Shown here: piece by piece, positions 17,416 through 26,411 of the stretch
Position numbering within the stretch: the first letter of the stretch is position 1
Layout of the letters: each line of letters opens with the position of its first letter
From: Minisyncoccota bacterium
Lineage (GTDB): Bacteria > Patescibacteriota > Minisyncoccia > UBA6257 > GWB1-50-10
Length of the DNA stretch: 64,000 nt
Assembly: GCA_041659005.1 (NCBI GenBank)
Contig: JBAZZD010000002.1
Location: forward strand, 25,817-89,816
Direction: 5' to 3'
The notes under the pieces: model-generated
The model's input: only the letters and a program-made list of their open reading frames with translations
Database searches by the model: none
Told to the model about the DNA's origin: nothing
Translations under genes and position numbers: made by a program

Positions 17416-19920
17416 TTACTGTCCGTGACATTTCTTATATTTTTTTCCTGAACCGCAATAACATGGATCGTTTCTTCCTATATGCTTAGCATCAGCCGGA
17501 GGAATAACTTTTTGTGCTGGTTTGTTTAATTGAATATTTGATATATCCATTTCAAATATTGGAAATATTGAATTGAATACTAATTGTTCGTATGCGCGAA
17601 GCAGTCGCTCAAAAAGAATGTGTGCCTCACGGCGATACTCAACGATCGGTTCGTGTTGACCATATGCCCTAAGGTTTACTGTGTCTCGAAGGGACTCCAA
17701 GTGCTCCAAGTGTTCGATCCATAACGTATCAAGAATTCGAATAAGTTGTTGACCTACAATGAATGCTCGTTCGTTTTCAATTGATTCAGGAACTTTCGTG
17801 CGAAGCATTTTTGCTTCGTCTAATTTTTTTATATCTTCTTCATCCAAATTTTCTGAGCCGTGTCTTATTGCTGCTTCGTAGTGATTCAAAAATGAGTCAA
17901 GAAGATCGCACGCTATTGGGAGGATAGTATTATTTTCGCCTGTGCGTAAAATGTTTGCTCTGCGTCCATAGAGTGCTCCACGTTGTTTATTTAACACATC
18001 ATCAAACTCAAGAAGATGTTTGCGGATATCAAAATTATTTCCTTCCACTTTTTGTTGTGCCTGATTTACTGCTTTTGAAATAATTTTTGATTCAATTGGA
18101 ATGTCATCGGGGACATTCATCATTTTCATTATTGATCCGATGCGATCTCCTCCAAATATACGCATTAAGTCGTCCTCAACTGAGAGAAAAAATTGTGAGG
18201 ATCCTGGGTCACCCTGTCGTCCTGCACGTCCACGAAGCTGATTATCAATGCGTCGTGCTTCATGTCGTTCTGTGCCGATTACGTGCAGTCCTCCCAATTC
18301 TTTTACTTTTTCTGCAAGTTCTTTATTAAATGGAATACCGCCAAGAATAATATCAACTCCTCGTCCTGCCATATTTGTCGCGACGGTTACCGCTCCGAAT
18401 TTTCCTGCTTGTGCAATGATCGCTCCTTCACGTTCGTTATTTTTTGCGTTTAAAATTTCATGAATAATTCCCTCTTCCATAAGATATTGAGAGATTGCCT
18501 CGTTATTAGTAATAGATGTTGTGCCGATAAGAATTGGTTGTCCTTTTTCGTGACGCCGTCTCACTTCTTTTGCAATTGCACGATATTTTGCATCTTTTGT
18601 TTTATAAATAACATCCTCCATGTTGTTCCTAATTGTTGGACGGTTTGATGGAATTGAAACAACGTCAAGTTTGTAGGTTTTGTGAAATTCTTCAGCAGAC
18701 GTTTGTGCCGTGCCAGTCATTCCCGCGATCTTTTTATAAAGTCTGAAATAATTTTGGATTGTGATCTGTGCATATGTTCTATTTTCTTCTTTTACAAATA
18801 CTCCCTCTTTTGCCTCAATTGCTTGATGGAGTCCCCCGGAGTATCTTCGTCCTTGGAGTATTCGTCCGGTAAATTCATCAACAATGATAATTTCTCCGTT
18901 GCGCACGACGTATTCCTTGTCTTTGTGGAATAGTGACTTTGCTCGTACGCTTTCTTGAAGAAAATGAACGAGACGAGCATTTTCTGGAGTATACATATTT
19001 TCAATGTTCATTTCCCGTTCAACCTTTTCAATCCCTGATTCCAATATTGAAACTGTTTTTAATTTCTCATCAATTGTATAGTCCTCTTCTGGAATAAGTC
19101 GTTCTGCAATTCGCGCAAATATTTTATAAAATCCACTTGATTCGGTATCTGAGGCGGCAATAATAAGTGGGGTTCTCGCCTCATCAATTAAAATTGAGTC
19201 AACTTCATCAATAATTGCAAAGTTGTGTTCACGTTGAACTTTTTCTTTTTGTGAGGAGACAAGATTATCGCGCAAATAATCAAAACCAAATTCATGGTTT
19301 GTGCCGTAGGTAATATCTGCTGCATATGCTTCTCGTCGAGAAATTGGGCGTAAAAATTTTTCAACAACTCTAAAACTTCCAAGCTCATCACGTTCTTTAT
19401 CTGCATCAGTTCCCTCATATGTCGGATCATACATATACGCATTGTCGTGGACTATGCATGATGTTGTGAGTCCCACTGCGTGATAGATTTGCCCCATCCA
19501 TACTGTGTCGCGTTGTGCGAGATAGTCATTTACTGTAACCACGTGCACCCCCATACCTCCAAGTGCATTAAGAAATACCGCAGAAGTTGCGGTGAGAGTT
19601 TTCCCTTCTCCGGTTAACATTTCAGTGATTTTTCCTTCGTGCAACACAATTCCACCCATAAGTTGAACATCGTAATTGCGTTGTTTAAGCTTTCTTTTTG
19701 TCGCTTCGCGTGTAAGCGCAAATGCACGAGGAAGTGTACTATTTAGTGCTTCTTCAGTATCAGAAGAAGCAAGAATTTTTTCTTTTAATTTCTGTGCAGA
19801 ATCTAATAATTCAGCATCAGAAAGTTTCTCAAGTTCTTGTTCAAGTGCGTTAATTTCAGCCACACGTTCACGTAAGACCTTAATTTCATCAAATCCAAAT
19901 AATTTTGAGAACAGTGACAT
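17416..19920 (-). CDS. secA: Preprotein translocase subunit SecA
   Basis: TGEGKT, DEVDSILIDEARTPLII, ATNMAGRG, QLRGRAGRQGDPG, SEC-C motif. Confidence 0.98.
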   Translation of the reverse strand: MSLFSKLFGFDEIKVLRERVAEINALEQELEKLSDAELLDSAQKLKEKILASSDTEEALNSTLPRAFALTREATKRKLKQRNYDVQLMGGIVLHEGKITEMLTGEGKTLTATSAVFLNALGGMGVHVVTVNDYLAQRDTVWMGQIYHAVGLTTSCIVHDNAYMYDPTYEGTDADKERDELGSFRVVEKFLRPISRREAYAADITYGTNHEFGFDYLRDNLVSSQKEKVQREHNFAIIDEVDSILIDEARTPLIIAASDTESSGFYKIFARIAERLIPEEDYTIDEKLKTVSILESGIEKVEREMNIENMYTPENARLVHFLQESVRAKSLFHKDKEYVVRNGEIIIVDEFTGRILQGRRYSGGLHQAIEAKEGVFVKEENRTYAQITIQNYFRLYKKIAGMTGTAQTSAEEFHKTYKLDVVSIPSNRPTIRNNMEDVIYKTKDAKYRAIAKEVRRRHEKGQPILIGTTSITNNEAISQYLMEEGIIHEILNAKNNEREGAIIAQAGKFGAVTVATNMAGRGVDIILGGIPFNKELAEKVKELGGLHVIGTERHEARRIDNQLRGRAGRQGDPGSSQFFLSVEDDLMRIFGGDRIGSIMKMMNVPDDIPIESKIISKAVNQAQQKVEGNNFDIRKHLLEFDDVLNKQRGALYGRRANILRTGENNTILPIACDLLDSFLNHYEAAIRHGSENLDEEDIKKLDEAKMLRTKVPESIENERAFIVGQQLIRILDTLWIEHLEHLESLRDTVNLRAYGQHEPIVEYRREAHILFERLLRAYEQLVFNSIFPIFEMDISNIQLNKPAQKVIPPADAKHIGRNDPCYCGSGKKYKKCHGQ

Positions 19921-19936
19921 AAATTTTGTAAGACAA

Positions 19937-20040
19937 AACGGTATCAGGATTCGTGGGCGACTACGGTGGTGACCTCCATTTTAACAATGTTGTTGAGCGA
20001 GTGCGCAATCCGTAGTCGCCCGCGCCGCCCAATACCGCTA
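19937..20040 (-). ncRNA. Candidate structured RNA / secA leader
   Basis: GC-rich long hairpin with perfect 12-bp stem 19955-19966/20010-20021; promoter-like TTGCCT-16-TACTAT just upstream. Confidence 0.5.
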
Positions 20041-20157
20041 TGGATACATAGTAACATACCATTTCACTAAGGCAATATATTACATGAGAAAAGAAATGAA
20101 GTCCCAGCGTTAGTAGAAACCCCTTGCTTTTTTCATAGATGTATGCTACAATGACCG

Positions 20158-20245
20158 TGTTGAGTGAGTGAATTTACTCTTGCCCTTACAGGCATAAGGA
20201 AATTCTTCCATTTCCCACCTCGCGCAAGCGAGGTGGGTTTTTGTT
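20158..20245 (+). ncRNA. Candidate small RNA
   Basis: TTGCTT-17-TACAAT (with extended TG) at 20124-20152, no ORF, intrinsic terminator 20214-20246. Confidence 0.45.
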
Positions 20246-20273
20246 TACCCAGAACTGGTTGAGGGGTTTATCT

Positions 20274-21170
20274 CTACTTTTTAATCGAAAAATTAGAAAA
20301 TTGGTCTTCGTAATTAAGTGCAAAATGAAACTCAAGTTCTTTGTCATTTACTACTACTCTTCCTCCTGCTTGTTTCCGATTTATGTAATTCGCGAGTCGT
20401 TTTGTTGCAATTGGTCGCGCAATAAAACGTTCGATATAATCACCAACGCGCCCATTAAGAAGCAACTCAATATATCGCTTTATATTACTTGATTGGTGTA
20501 ATATTTTTTTTGCTTGTTCGATATTTAATACTGAAATGTCTGCCCAGTTATTTTTTTCAATAAATTTAGAAAAAGAATCTCCTGTAATAAAAATGGGAAT
20601 CATGTGTCGGTACAATTCATACCGATAATAATTGTGCGGTTCTTTTTCGTATGTTTCGGAGGTTACAATATGGTTAAAACAAAATTTGTTCGGACTGCTT
20701 GCTTCAAGATCATCAAGACGGCGTGCGCGCAAAAGAGAAAATAATGCACCCGCAAGATAACGTGCGGTAAAGATTCTCCCCTTCCTTACTCCGAGGATAA
20801 TATCAAAATCAGATGATGCACGAATTGCGCCAAATGAAATTGATCCGCTTACTGCCGCAAAATCAATAAATGGAATGTATCGAAACCATCGAGCGCCTCG
20901 CAGTAACCGTTTCCATTTTTTATCTAAATAGAAATCTTGTATGGTTCTTGTATTTAAGAGGTTTGAATGTTCTTTTGGTGCATAAAAACCATTTCCAAAA
21001 ATAATTTTCTTTTTTTTGATTAAGATGTCTAATGCATCAAATATATTACTGATAGAGATTTCTGTTTTAATGGGTGCGCGGGTTTTAATTTCCATGAGCG
21101 AGGTTGCTCGTCCCATAGCTCCATAAAACGAAATAAATTCGTATACGTGTTGTTCCAATGTGTTATTCAT
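20274..21170 (-). CDS. Nucleotidyltransferase-domain hypothetical protein
   Basis: GS.SFG....SSDFDI (Pol-beta NTase-type motif). Confidence 0.7.
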   Translation of the reverse strand: MNNTLEQHVYEFISFYGAMGRATSLMEIKTRAPIKTEISISNIFDALDILIKKKKIIFGNGFYAPKEHSNLLNTRTIQDFYLDKKWKRLLRGARWFRYIPFIDFAAVSGSISFGAIRASSDFDIILGVRKGRIFTARYLAGALFSLLRARRLDDLEASSPNKFCFNHIVTSETYEKEPHNYYRYELYRHMIPIFITGDSFSKFIEKNNWADISVLNIEQAKKILHQSSNIKRYIELLLNGRVGDYIERFIARPIATKRLANYINRKQAGGRVVVNDKELEFHFALNYEDQFSNFSIKK

Positions 21171-22230
21171 CTCTCTCGGGAGTAATAAGAGTAAGTGGTT
21201 CAATTCCGGTGTTTGTTCCTGTAATTCGTAACACGTCCTTATCTATTTTCCCTAATTCTTTGGATGCTTTATTGTAATGATTTACTGTTGTCTCAAGTGA
21301 CTTTCCCAGTGATTGCATAAACTGATCATGTGCGCCGATGTGTTTCCCGAGTTCCTCAACACGCTTTCGAATTTCTTTTGTGGATTCTTCAATCTGCATT
21401 GCCTTAAGTCCCTGAAGCACCGTTTGAAGGTATGCAAGAAATGATGTCGGAGAAACAATAATTACCTTGTATTTTCCTGCTGCACGTTGGATTAAGCTTT
21501 CAGTATTTTCATCTTTTAATACTCCGATTTTATTAATGAGTAAATCATAATAAATTGCCTCGTGAGGAATAAACATAAAAGCGAATTCCATTGTATTTTG
21601 TTCTGGACGTATATATTTTGACGTTTCCTCTATTCGAAGTTTTAAGTCTCCAACAAATTTCTTTTCGAGACGTGCGCGCTCTACTTCGTCATGTTCTTCA
21701 ACAAGACGGTTATAATTTTCAAGCGAAAATTTTGAATCAATTGGAATTATCTTGTCTTTCACAAATACCACCGCATCAACAATGAGTTCCTTCCCCTCAT
21801 CATCTCTTCCCATATGATATTGCATTTCATAACTCCCTGGTGGAAGAACATTTTTTAATAGTGTCTCAAGATAATACTCACCAACGATTCCTCGTTGTTT
21901 TGGATTTTTAAAAATGTCTTGTAGCGATTGTAATTGATCGGCAAATCCAACTACCTGCCTATTTGTTTCATCAAGTTTTGCAAGTCGATCAGTTACATCT
22001 TTTATAATTTTATGTGACTCGCCATATTGAGTTTGCATAAAACGAGATGATTCATGGAGTCGTGAATCGATCGCTCGAGAAAGTTCTTGAATTTGATTTT
22101 GCAATAACAGCAATGACGAATTATCCTCTTTTGGTGGTGTTTTTTTAAGCAAGCGGATAATAAAAAGAAATGCAACGCCAACCGCGATGATTAAGAAAAT
22201 AAATATTGTGATAAGTATTCCCGTGTTCAT
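21163..22230 (-). CDS. rmuC: DNA recombination protein RmuC
   Basis: N-terminal TM, coiled coil, RG..GE..LE, IDSKF, KYI.P..T..FA.MFIP.E, SPTS. Confidence 0.93.
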   Translation of the reverse strand: MNTGILITIFIFLIIAVGVAFLFIIRLLKKTPPKEDNSSLLLLQNQIQELSRAIDSRLHESSRFMQTQYGESHKIIKDVTDRLAKLDETNRQVVGFADQLQSLQDIFKNPKQRGIVGEYYLETLLKNVLPPGSYEMQYHMGRDDEGKELIVDAVVFVKDKIIPIDSKFSLENYNRLVEEHDEVERARLEKKFVGDLKLRIEETSKYIRPEQNTMEFAFMFIPHEAIYYDLLINKIGVLKDENTESLIQRAAGKYKVIIVSPTSFLAYLQTVLQGLKAMQIEESTKEIRKRVEELGKHIGAHDQFMQSLGKSLETTVNHYNKASKELGKIDKDVLRITGTNTGIEPLTLITPERDE

Positions 22231-22235
22231 AATCT

Positions 22236-22595
22236 TTAGTTATTAGAAAGTAATACGGTAATGATAATAAACACCATTAATGCAAGAAATGCATTTCCAG
22301 CAGCAAAAAGATATGAAAGAAATCGTTCACGATTCCAGAATTCATACATAAGCACTCCATTTATGCCAAGTATGGTAAATCCTAAAAGCCAAATTCCCCA
22401 CATACTATTTTTTTCACCAAATACACTCACTCCCTTTAATTGGTCAAACTTGATAATTATTGATTCTGAAAGTGTTCCATAATTGGTGATCGTTATTAAA
22501 AGTGAAACGAACGAAAAAGCGACACTCAAAAGAATAAGCGCAGTATAGATTTTATGATGTTTGAAGAATGGTAGATACTTGACCATTGGATTCAT
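22236..22595 (-). CDS. Three-TM membrane protein
   Basis: Hydrophobic helices; 5 nt from rmuC start. Confidence 0.7.
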   Translation of the reverse strand: MNPMVKYLPFFKHHKIYTALILLSVAFSFVSLLITITNYGTLSESIIIKFDQLKGVSVFGEKNSMWGIWLLGFTILGINGVLMYEFWNRERFLSYLFAAGNAFLALMVFIIITVLLSNN

Positions 22596-22749
22596 TATAT
22601 ACGAAAATTTTTAATTTTGTAATTTTAACGAGCAAGCTCTTTTTCCCACGTCACTCGAATAAAATACAAATATTATTTGCTATTTTACTTCTCGCTAGCG
22701 GTAATAAATAAACGCAGAAAAACTTAATTTTTAAATAAAAAAGAACCCG

Positions 22750-23211
22750 CTATTGAGCGGGTTTTTGAAGAATAAATAGCACACAATACCACCCCCCTAG
22801 ATATAAGAATATAGGGAGAAAGAGGAAAAGAACAAAGAAAAAATACTCACCGAATGTAATATCGGCAGTATCAGCAGAAAAATAGATTTTTGCCATCATG
22901 TGGTATATGTCAGATGGCATCCATGATGCGTTTAGATAAACCACTAGTTCGGTTCTGAAAAACGAGGTTGAATGCCAATTTCCTATCTTCAGGAATTTTT
23001 CTTGCATGAGAATTTGATTTCTTTCCGTAAGGATGGAATCTAATTCTCCTGAAAATCTAACACCTCGTTGTTGATGATCATCAACAACTTGTTCAAACTT
23101 TTCAGCAGTTGCCGAAAGTTTATCGCGCATTGTAAATTGATTCATAACGAATGAAATTGGGAGATATACCAGAAAAAGAAATAGTGTGATTCGCGCTAGT
23201 TTGCGTACCAT
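22750..23211 (-). CDS. Hypothetical membrane protein
   Basis: TM at both ends; TTGACT-17-TATAAT promoter, AAGGA RBS, hairpin at stop. Confidence 0.7.
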   Translation of the reverse strand: MVRKLARITLFLFLVYLPISFVMNQFTMRDKLSATAEKFEQVVDDHQQRGVRFSGELDSILTERNQILMQEKFLKIGNWHSTSFFRTELVVYLNASWMPSDIYHMMAKIYFSADTADITFGEYFFFVLFLFLPIFLYLGGWYCVLFILQKPAQ

Positions 23212-23263
23212 TTTGCGTTTCCTTATTAAGTTTTTAATGATAGTCGTATTATATCACACTATA

Positions 23264-23292
23264 TTGACAAAGTCAAGTAGATATGATATAAT
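23264..23292 (+). promoter_or_regulatory. Perfect sigma70 consensus promoter, overlapping a divergent promoter
   Basis: TTGACA(23264-69)-17 nt-TATAAT(23287-92). Confidence 0.75.
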
Positions 23293-23464
23293 GCAAATAC
23301 ATTAATAATTTGATTGCGGAGTTAAAAGATGTTTGACCCATACTTTTCGCCGAATTAATGATTTCTTTTGGCCTTATCATTATTCGGCGTACATAAAGGC
23401 CAGCCCCTCCAAATGGAGGGGTTTACTATTTTCCGACATTTTGTATACTGATTCAGTTAATAAT

Positions 23465-23548
23465 GCGCGGGTGGCGAAATTGGTAGACGCACTACCTTGA
23501 GGTGGTAGCGCTCGCAAGGGCTTGCAGGTTCAAATCCTGTCCCGCGCA
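23465..23548 (+). tRNA. tRNA-Leu(GAG)
   Basis: Acceptor gcgcggg/cccgcgc, anticodon arm ctacc-ttGAGgt-ggtag, long variable arm, gttcaaatc; CCA not encoded. Confidence 0.96.
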
Positions 23549-23954
23549 CTAATAAAATAACATCCGCAATGCGGATGTTATTTTATGCGGATAGAATTTG
23601 AACGAGGGGTGGGTCGCCCCGCAATGCGGGGCGTGGTTAGCTATTCGAAACCGCAAGGTGTCAGAAAATTTCGTCCGCGAAATTTTGTTCAATTCCCTGT
23701 CCCGCGCACAAACAAAAAATATCCCGATGAATGGGATTTTTTTGTGTCACACGAAAGCGGATTTGAACCGCGGGCTCCCTGTTTTCTTAGCAAATGAAAT
23801 GAGTTTAGAAAACAGCAGTGTCGCATATTATGCGACCCGCAATCTTTGATTTTGAAGCCGTAGGTTTCGAGCACGGCAGCCCAGTAGGTGATTTTACTAA
23901 ATCATGCGAGAGGCAAATCCCCGCCTATCGGCAGGCAGGCCGTCCTGCGCACTA
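23549..23954 (+). repeat. Two tandem tRNA-anchored hairpin units, each ending in a copy of the tRNA-Leu 3' end
   Basis: Direct copies at 23687-23709 and 23914-23954; inverted T-arm copies at 23587-23603 and 23757-23768. Confidence 0.75.
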
Positions 23955-24008
23955 AAACGCGAAAAGAAAGAATTTTCTTCCCCCTTTTTTTCGTTGTATA
24001 ATAAAAAA

Positions 24009-24794
24009 ATGAATTTTTTCAGCGAGGGTTTTATATCAAAAAGATCTAAGCCTTTAATTTCAAGTGAATCAATAAATTCTTTGAAATCAGAACATCTGAA
24101 AGAGGGTGTAAGTCCGATTATTGCTTGTATAGAAACTCCCAATCAAGCTTTTAATGATCATAATATAAAAGATTTTTTAAAAAATAGCACAAAACTTACT
24201 GATGTGGATTATTTTGGTGATTCCATTGAGCAAAAAGTGCGTGGATTTAAAAATATGGGAGATGGTTCATTTGTTATATCACCGATAGACAGTTCGGATA
24301 AATTTTCTCAAAAATTTCTCGATTGCACCGGATTAGTAGTAGCCGGTCAAAAAAAAGAAACAAAAGAAAATATATCACTATTAAGTCATCAAAATCCCGC
24401 TCATTTTTTAAATGAAGAATTTTGGAAAACAAATTTTAAAAATGACCTTAGACAACAATTGCAAGAATTAAAGAAAAAAAGTGTGGATAAAACTGTTGAT
24501 GTGGTAATTGTTGGTGGAAATCATTTTTTAAATGGCGAGTATAGCAATAGCAAAGAATATAGAGATAATTATCTTGATTCAATCAAACAATTATCTGAGG
24601 TGGTTGTCGAAGTTTTCAATTTTGAACCCGTTGTTATTACAGGACCAAAAACAGTTCGAGGAAGGCAAACTGATGACGTATATTATGATAATGAACATAG
24701 GAGATTATATATAGTGCGCAAGGACATTGGTGATACAACTACCGAAAGTTTTCTTCCTCGTGATATAGAGAAGCAAGAAAAAAAATGGAAATGA
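24009..24794 (+). CDS. Hypothetical protein, possible CheD/CNF1-like Cys-His enzyme
   Basis: FLDCTGLVVAG...LLSHQNP, VVIVGG. Confidence 0.55.
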   Translation: MNFFSEGFISKRSKPLISSESINSLKSEHLKEGVSPIIACIETPNQAFNDHNIKDFLKNSTKLTDVDYFGDSIEQKVRGFKNMGDGSFVISPIDSSDKFSQKFLDCTGLVVAGQKKETKENISLLSHQNPAHFLNEEFWKTNFKNDLRQQLQELKKKSVDKTVDVVIVGGNHFLNGEYSNSKEYRDNYLDSIKQLSEVVVEVFNFEPVVITGPKTVRGRQTDDVYYDNEHRRLYIVRKDIGDTTTESFLPRDIEKQEKKWK

Positions 24795-24832
24795 GAGCAA
24801 ATTAAATCCCCCATCAATGTGGGGGCCCGGTT

Positions 24833-25066
24833 TTAGTAGTTTTGTATATTAAAATTTGGAAAGTTAATTCGTGCATAGAAATTTCGGTAAAGCGCGCCAC
24901 TGAGTTCGCTAAGTAGGGCACTTTCAAGTAGGAGATAAGAAACGATAAATACTAACATGGTTAGTGGAAACAGTATTATTGGCATCATGAAAATCATCCC
25001 AAAAAAACAAGAGACTGTCATTGCCGCCAGGTACGAAATGTTTATCTGAAAAATAAGTTCATCCAT
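24833..25066 (-). CDS. Small membrane protein
   Basis: Hydrophobic; GAGGA RBS, own promoter-like region. Confidence 0.55.
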   Translation of the reverse strand: MDELIFQINISYLAAMTVSCFFGMIFMMPIILFPLTMLVFIVSYLLLESALLSELSGALYRNFYARINFPNFNIQNY

Positions 25067-25140
25067 CGGTATTCCTCATTTATTTTTAATGAATAGATCC
25101 ATTGTTTATCAATTTTATGGGAAAAGCAACCCTATGTTCA

Positions 25141-25323
25141 CTAACGGGAAAAGTTTTTCTCTATAACGATTTTTGCGGGTTCATTTCCCCTTCCATAGAA
25201 ATATCCCAGAGAGAAGAAAAATACGCTTATAAGGGCAATTACGAGCCAAAAAAGAGCTCTTTTAACCCACTGTGGACTCTGGTGTTCGTCCGGTTCTATC
25301 GGGAGTTTTGTAAAATTAGACAT
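25141..25323 (-). CDS. Small single-TM protein
   Basis: LVIALISVFFFSLGY..G...PAKIVIEK. Confidence 0.55.
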   Translation of the reverse strand: MSNFTKLPIEPDEHQSPQWVKRALFWLVIALISVFFFSLGYFYGRGNEPAKIVIEKNFSR

Positions 25324-25599
25324 CTTTTAATTAGTATAAACAATTTCTTTCCGCTTACGGAGAATATCATTTCGAATAAATATGTCGGAATAAAATAGAT
25401 AAATTACTGAGTAAAAGGAATTAAGAAATAGACTTTTTTGCATCGTTCAAATCCCTTTAGGTTGCGTTTGCAATAAAGTGTATTTCTTTTACTTTTACGA
25501 AGATTATTTATATTTTATGGAGACCATTTATAAGAAATGATATTCGTAGTCCTTGACATAGAATGCACATCTAGATTATTATATATTGGTTAATAAGTT

Positions 25600-25872
25600 A
25601 TGGCACATACCAAAGCAAAAGGATCTACCAAATTAGGACGAGAGTCAGAATCTAAACGTCTTGGCGTGAAGCGTTTTGATGGACAAGTTGTAAAAGCGGG
25701 TGAAGTTTTGATTCGTCAGCGTGGAACAAAATATCATCCAGGAACTAATGTTCTTCGTGGTGGCGATGATACATTGTACGCGAAAGTTCCGGGAACGATA
25801 AAATTTTCGAGTAAACAAAAAGTAAATTTCGATCGATCAAAAAAACGGGTATCAGTAATAAACGTAAAATAA
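25600..25872 (+). CDS. rpmA: 50S ribosomal protein L27
   Basis: [25 protein letters not shown]. Confidence 0.98.
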   Translation: MAHTKAKGSTKLGRESESKRLGVKRFDGQVVKAGEVLIRQRGTKYHPGTNVLRGGDDTLYAKVPGTIKFSSKQKVNFDRSKKRVSVINVK

Positions 25873-25883
25873 TAATTGAAATA

Positions 25884-25914
25884 AAAAACCACGAGCTTAC
25901 GCTCGTGGTTTTTT
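25884..25914. terminator. Bidirectional terminator
   Basis: aaaaaaccacgagc-ttac-gctcgtggttttt. Confidence 0.85.
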
Positions 25915-25967
25915 GAATGGTACATAAAATATAAATATTTAAACGGTCGTTTAGATATTTATATTTA

Positions 25968-26408
25968 CTAATTTTCTTTTTTTACCTCAACAAGAATTTC
26001 TGTGGTAATTCCCTCTCCGAGATCAATTGTAACTTTATGTTCACCAAGCGATTTAATTGGATGATCAAGAATTGCTCGAGCGTCATGTGCATCATATTTA
26101 ACAATATCTTTTTCAATATCTTTTGTACTTACTGAGCCGAACAATTCTCCTTTTCCTCCCGCTTTGAGTGAAAAATGAAGCGTAGCATTTTTCATTGATT
26201 CTGCAATCTTTTTTAATGATTGCACTTTTCGTTTGTATGCCTCGCCTTTTTCTGATTGCTCTTTGTTAACCTTATTAATAATTCCTGAGGTTGCCTGAGC
26301 ACCTAGCCCTTTCGCAATAAAAAAGTTACGAGCATATCCATCGTTTATTTCTTTTATTTCTCCCTTTTTCCCCACTCCTTTTACATCTTTCAAAAAAATT
26401 ATTTTCAT
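25968..26408 (-). CDS. rplI: 50S ribosomal protein L9
   Basis: [18 protein letters not shown]...DGYARNF, LFGSV, PIKSLG. Confidence 0.97.
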   Translation of the reverse strand: MKIIFLKDVKGVGKKGEIKEINDGYARNFFIAKGLGAQATSGIINKVNKEQSEKGEAYKRKVQSLKKIAESMKNATLHFSLKAGGKGELFGSVSTKDIEKDIVKYDAHDARAILDHPIKSLGEHKVTIDLGEGITTEILVEVKKEN

Positions 26409-26411
26409 AAA

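Noticed and set aside
19937-20040. SRP RNA (ffs)
   Set aside because: No CAGG-GNRA-AGCA domain IV motif on either strand; kept only as an unknown structured RNA
23585-23874. ORFs 23585-23797, 23598-23849, 23689-23874 and the N-terminal extension of 23904
   Set aside because: They overlie the hairpin units, lack start signals and are chance frames in GC-richer DNA
25968-26408. Presence of rplI as anomalous for CPR
   Set aside because: L9 loss is reported only for some CPR lineages; its presence is compatible with Parcubacteria
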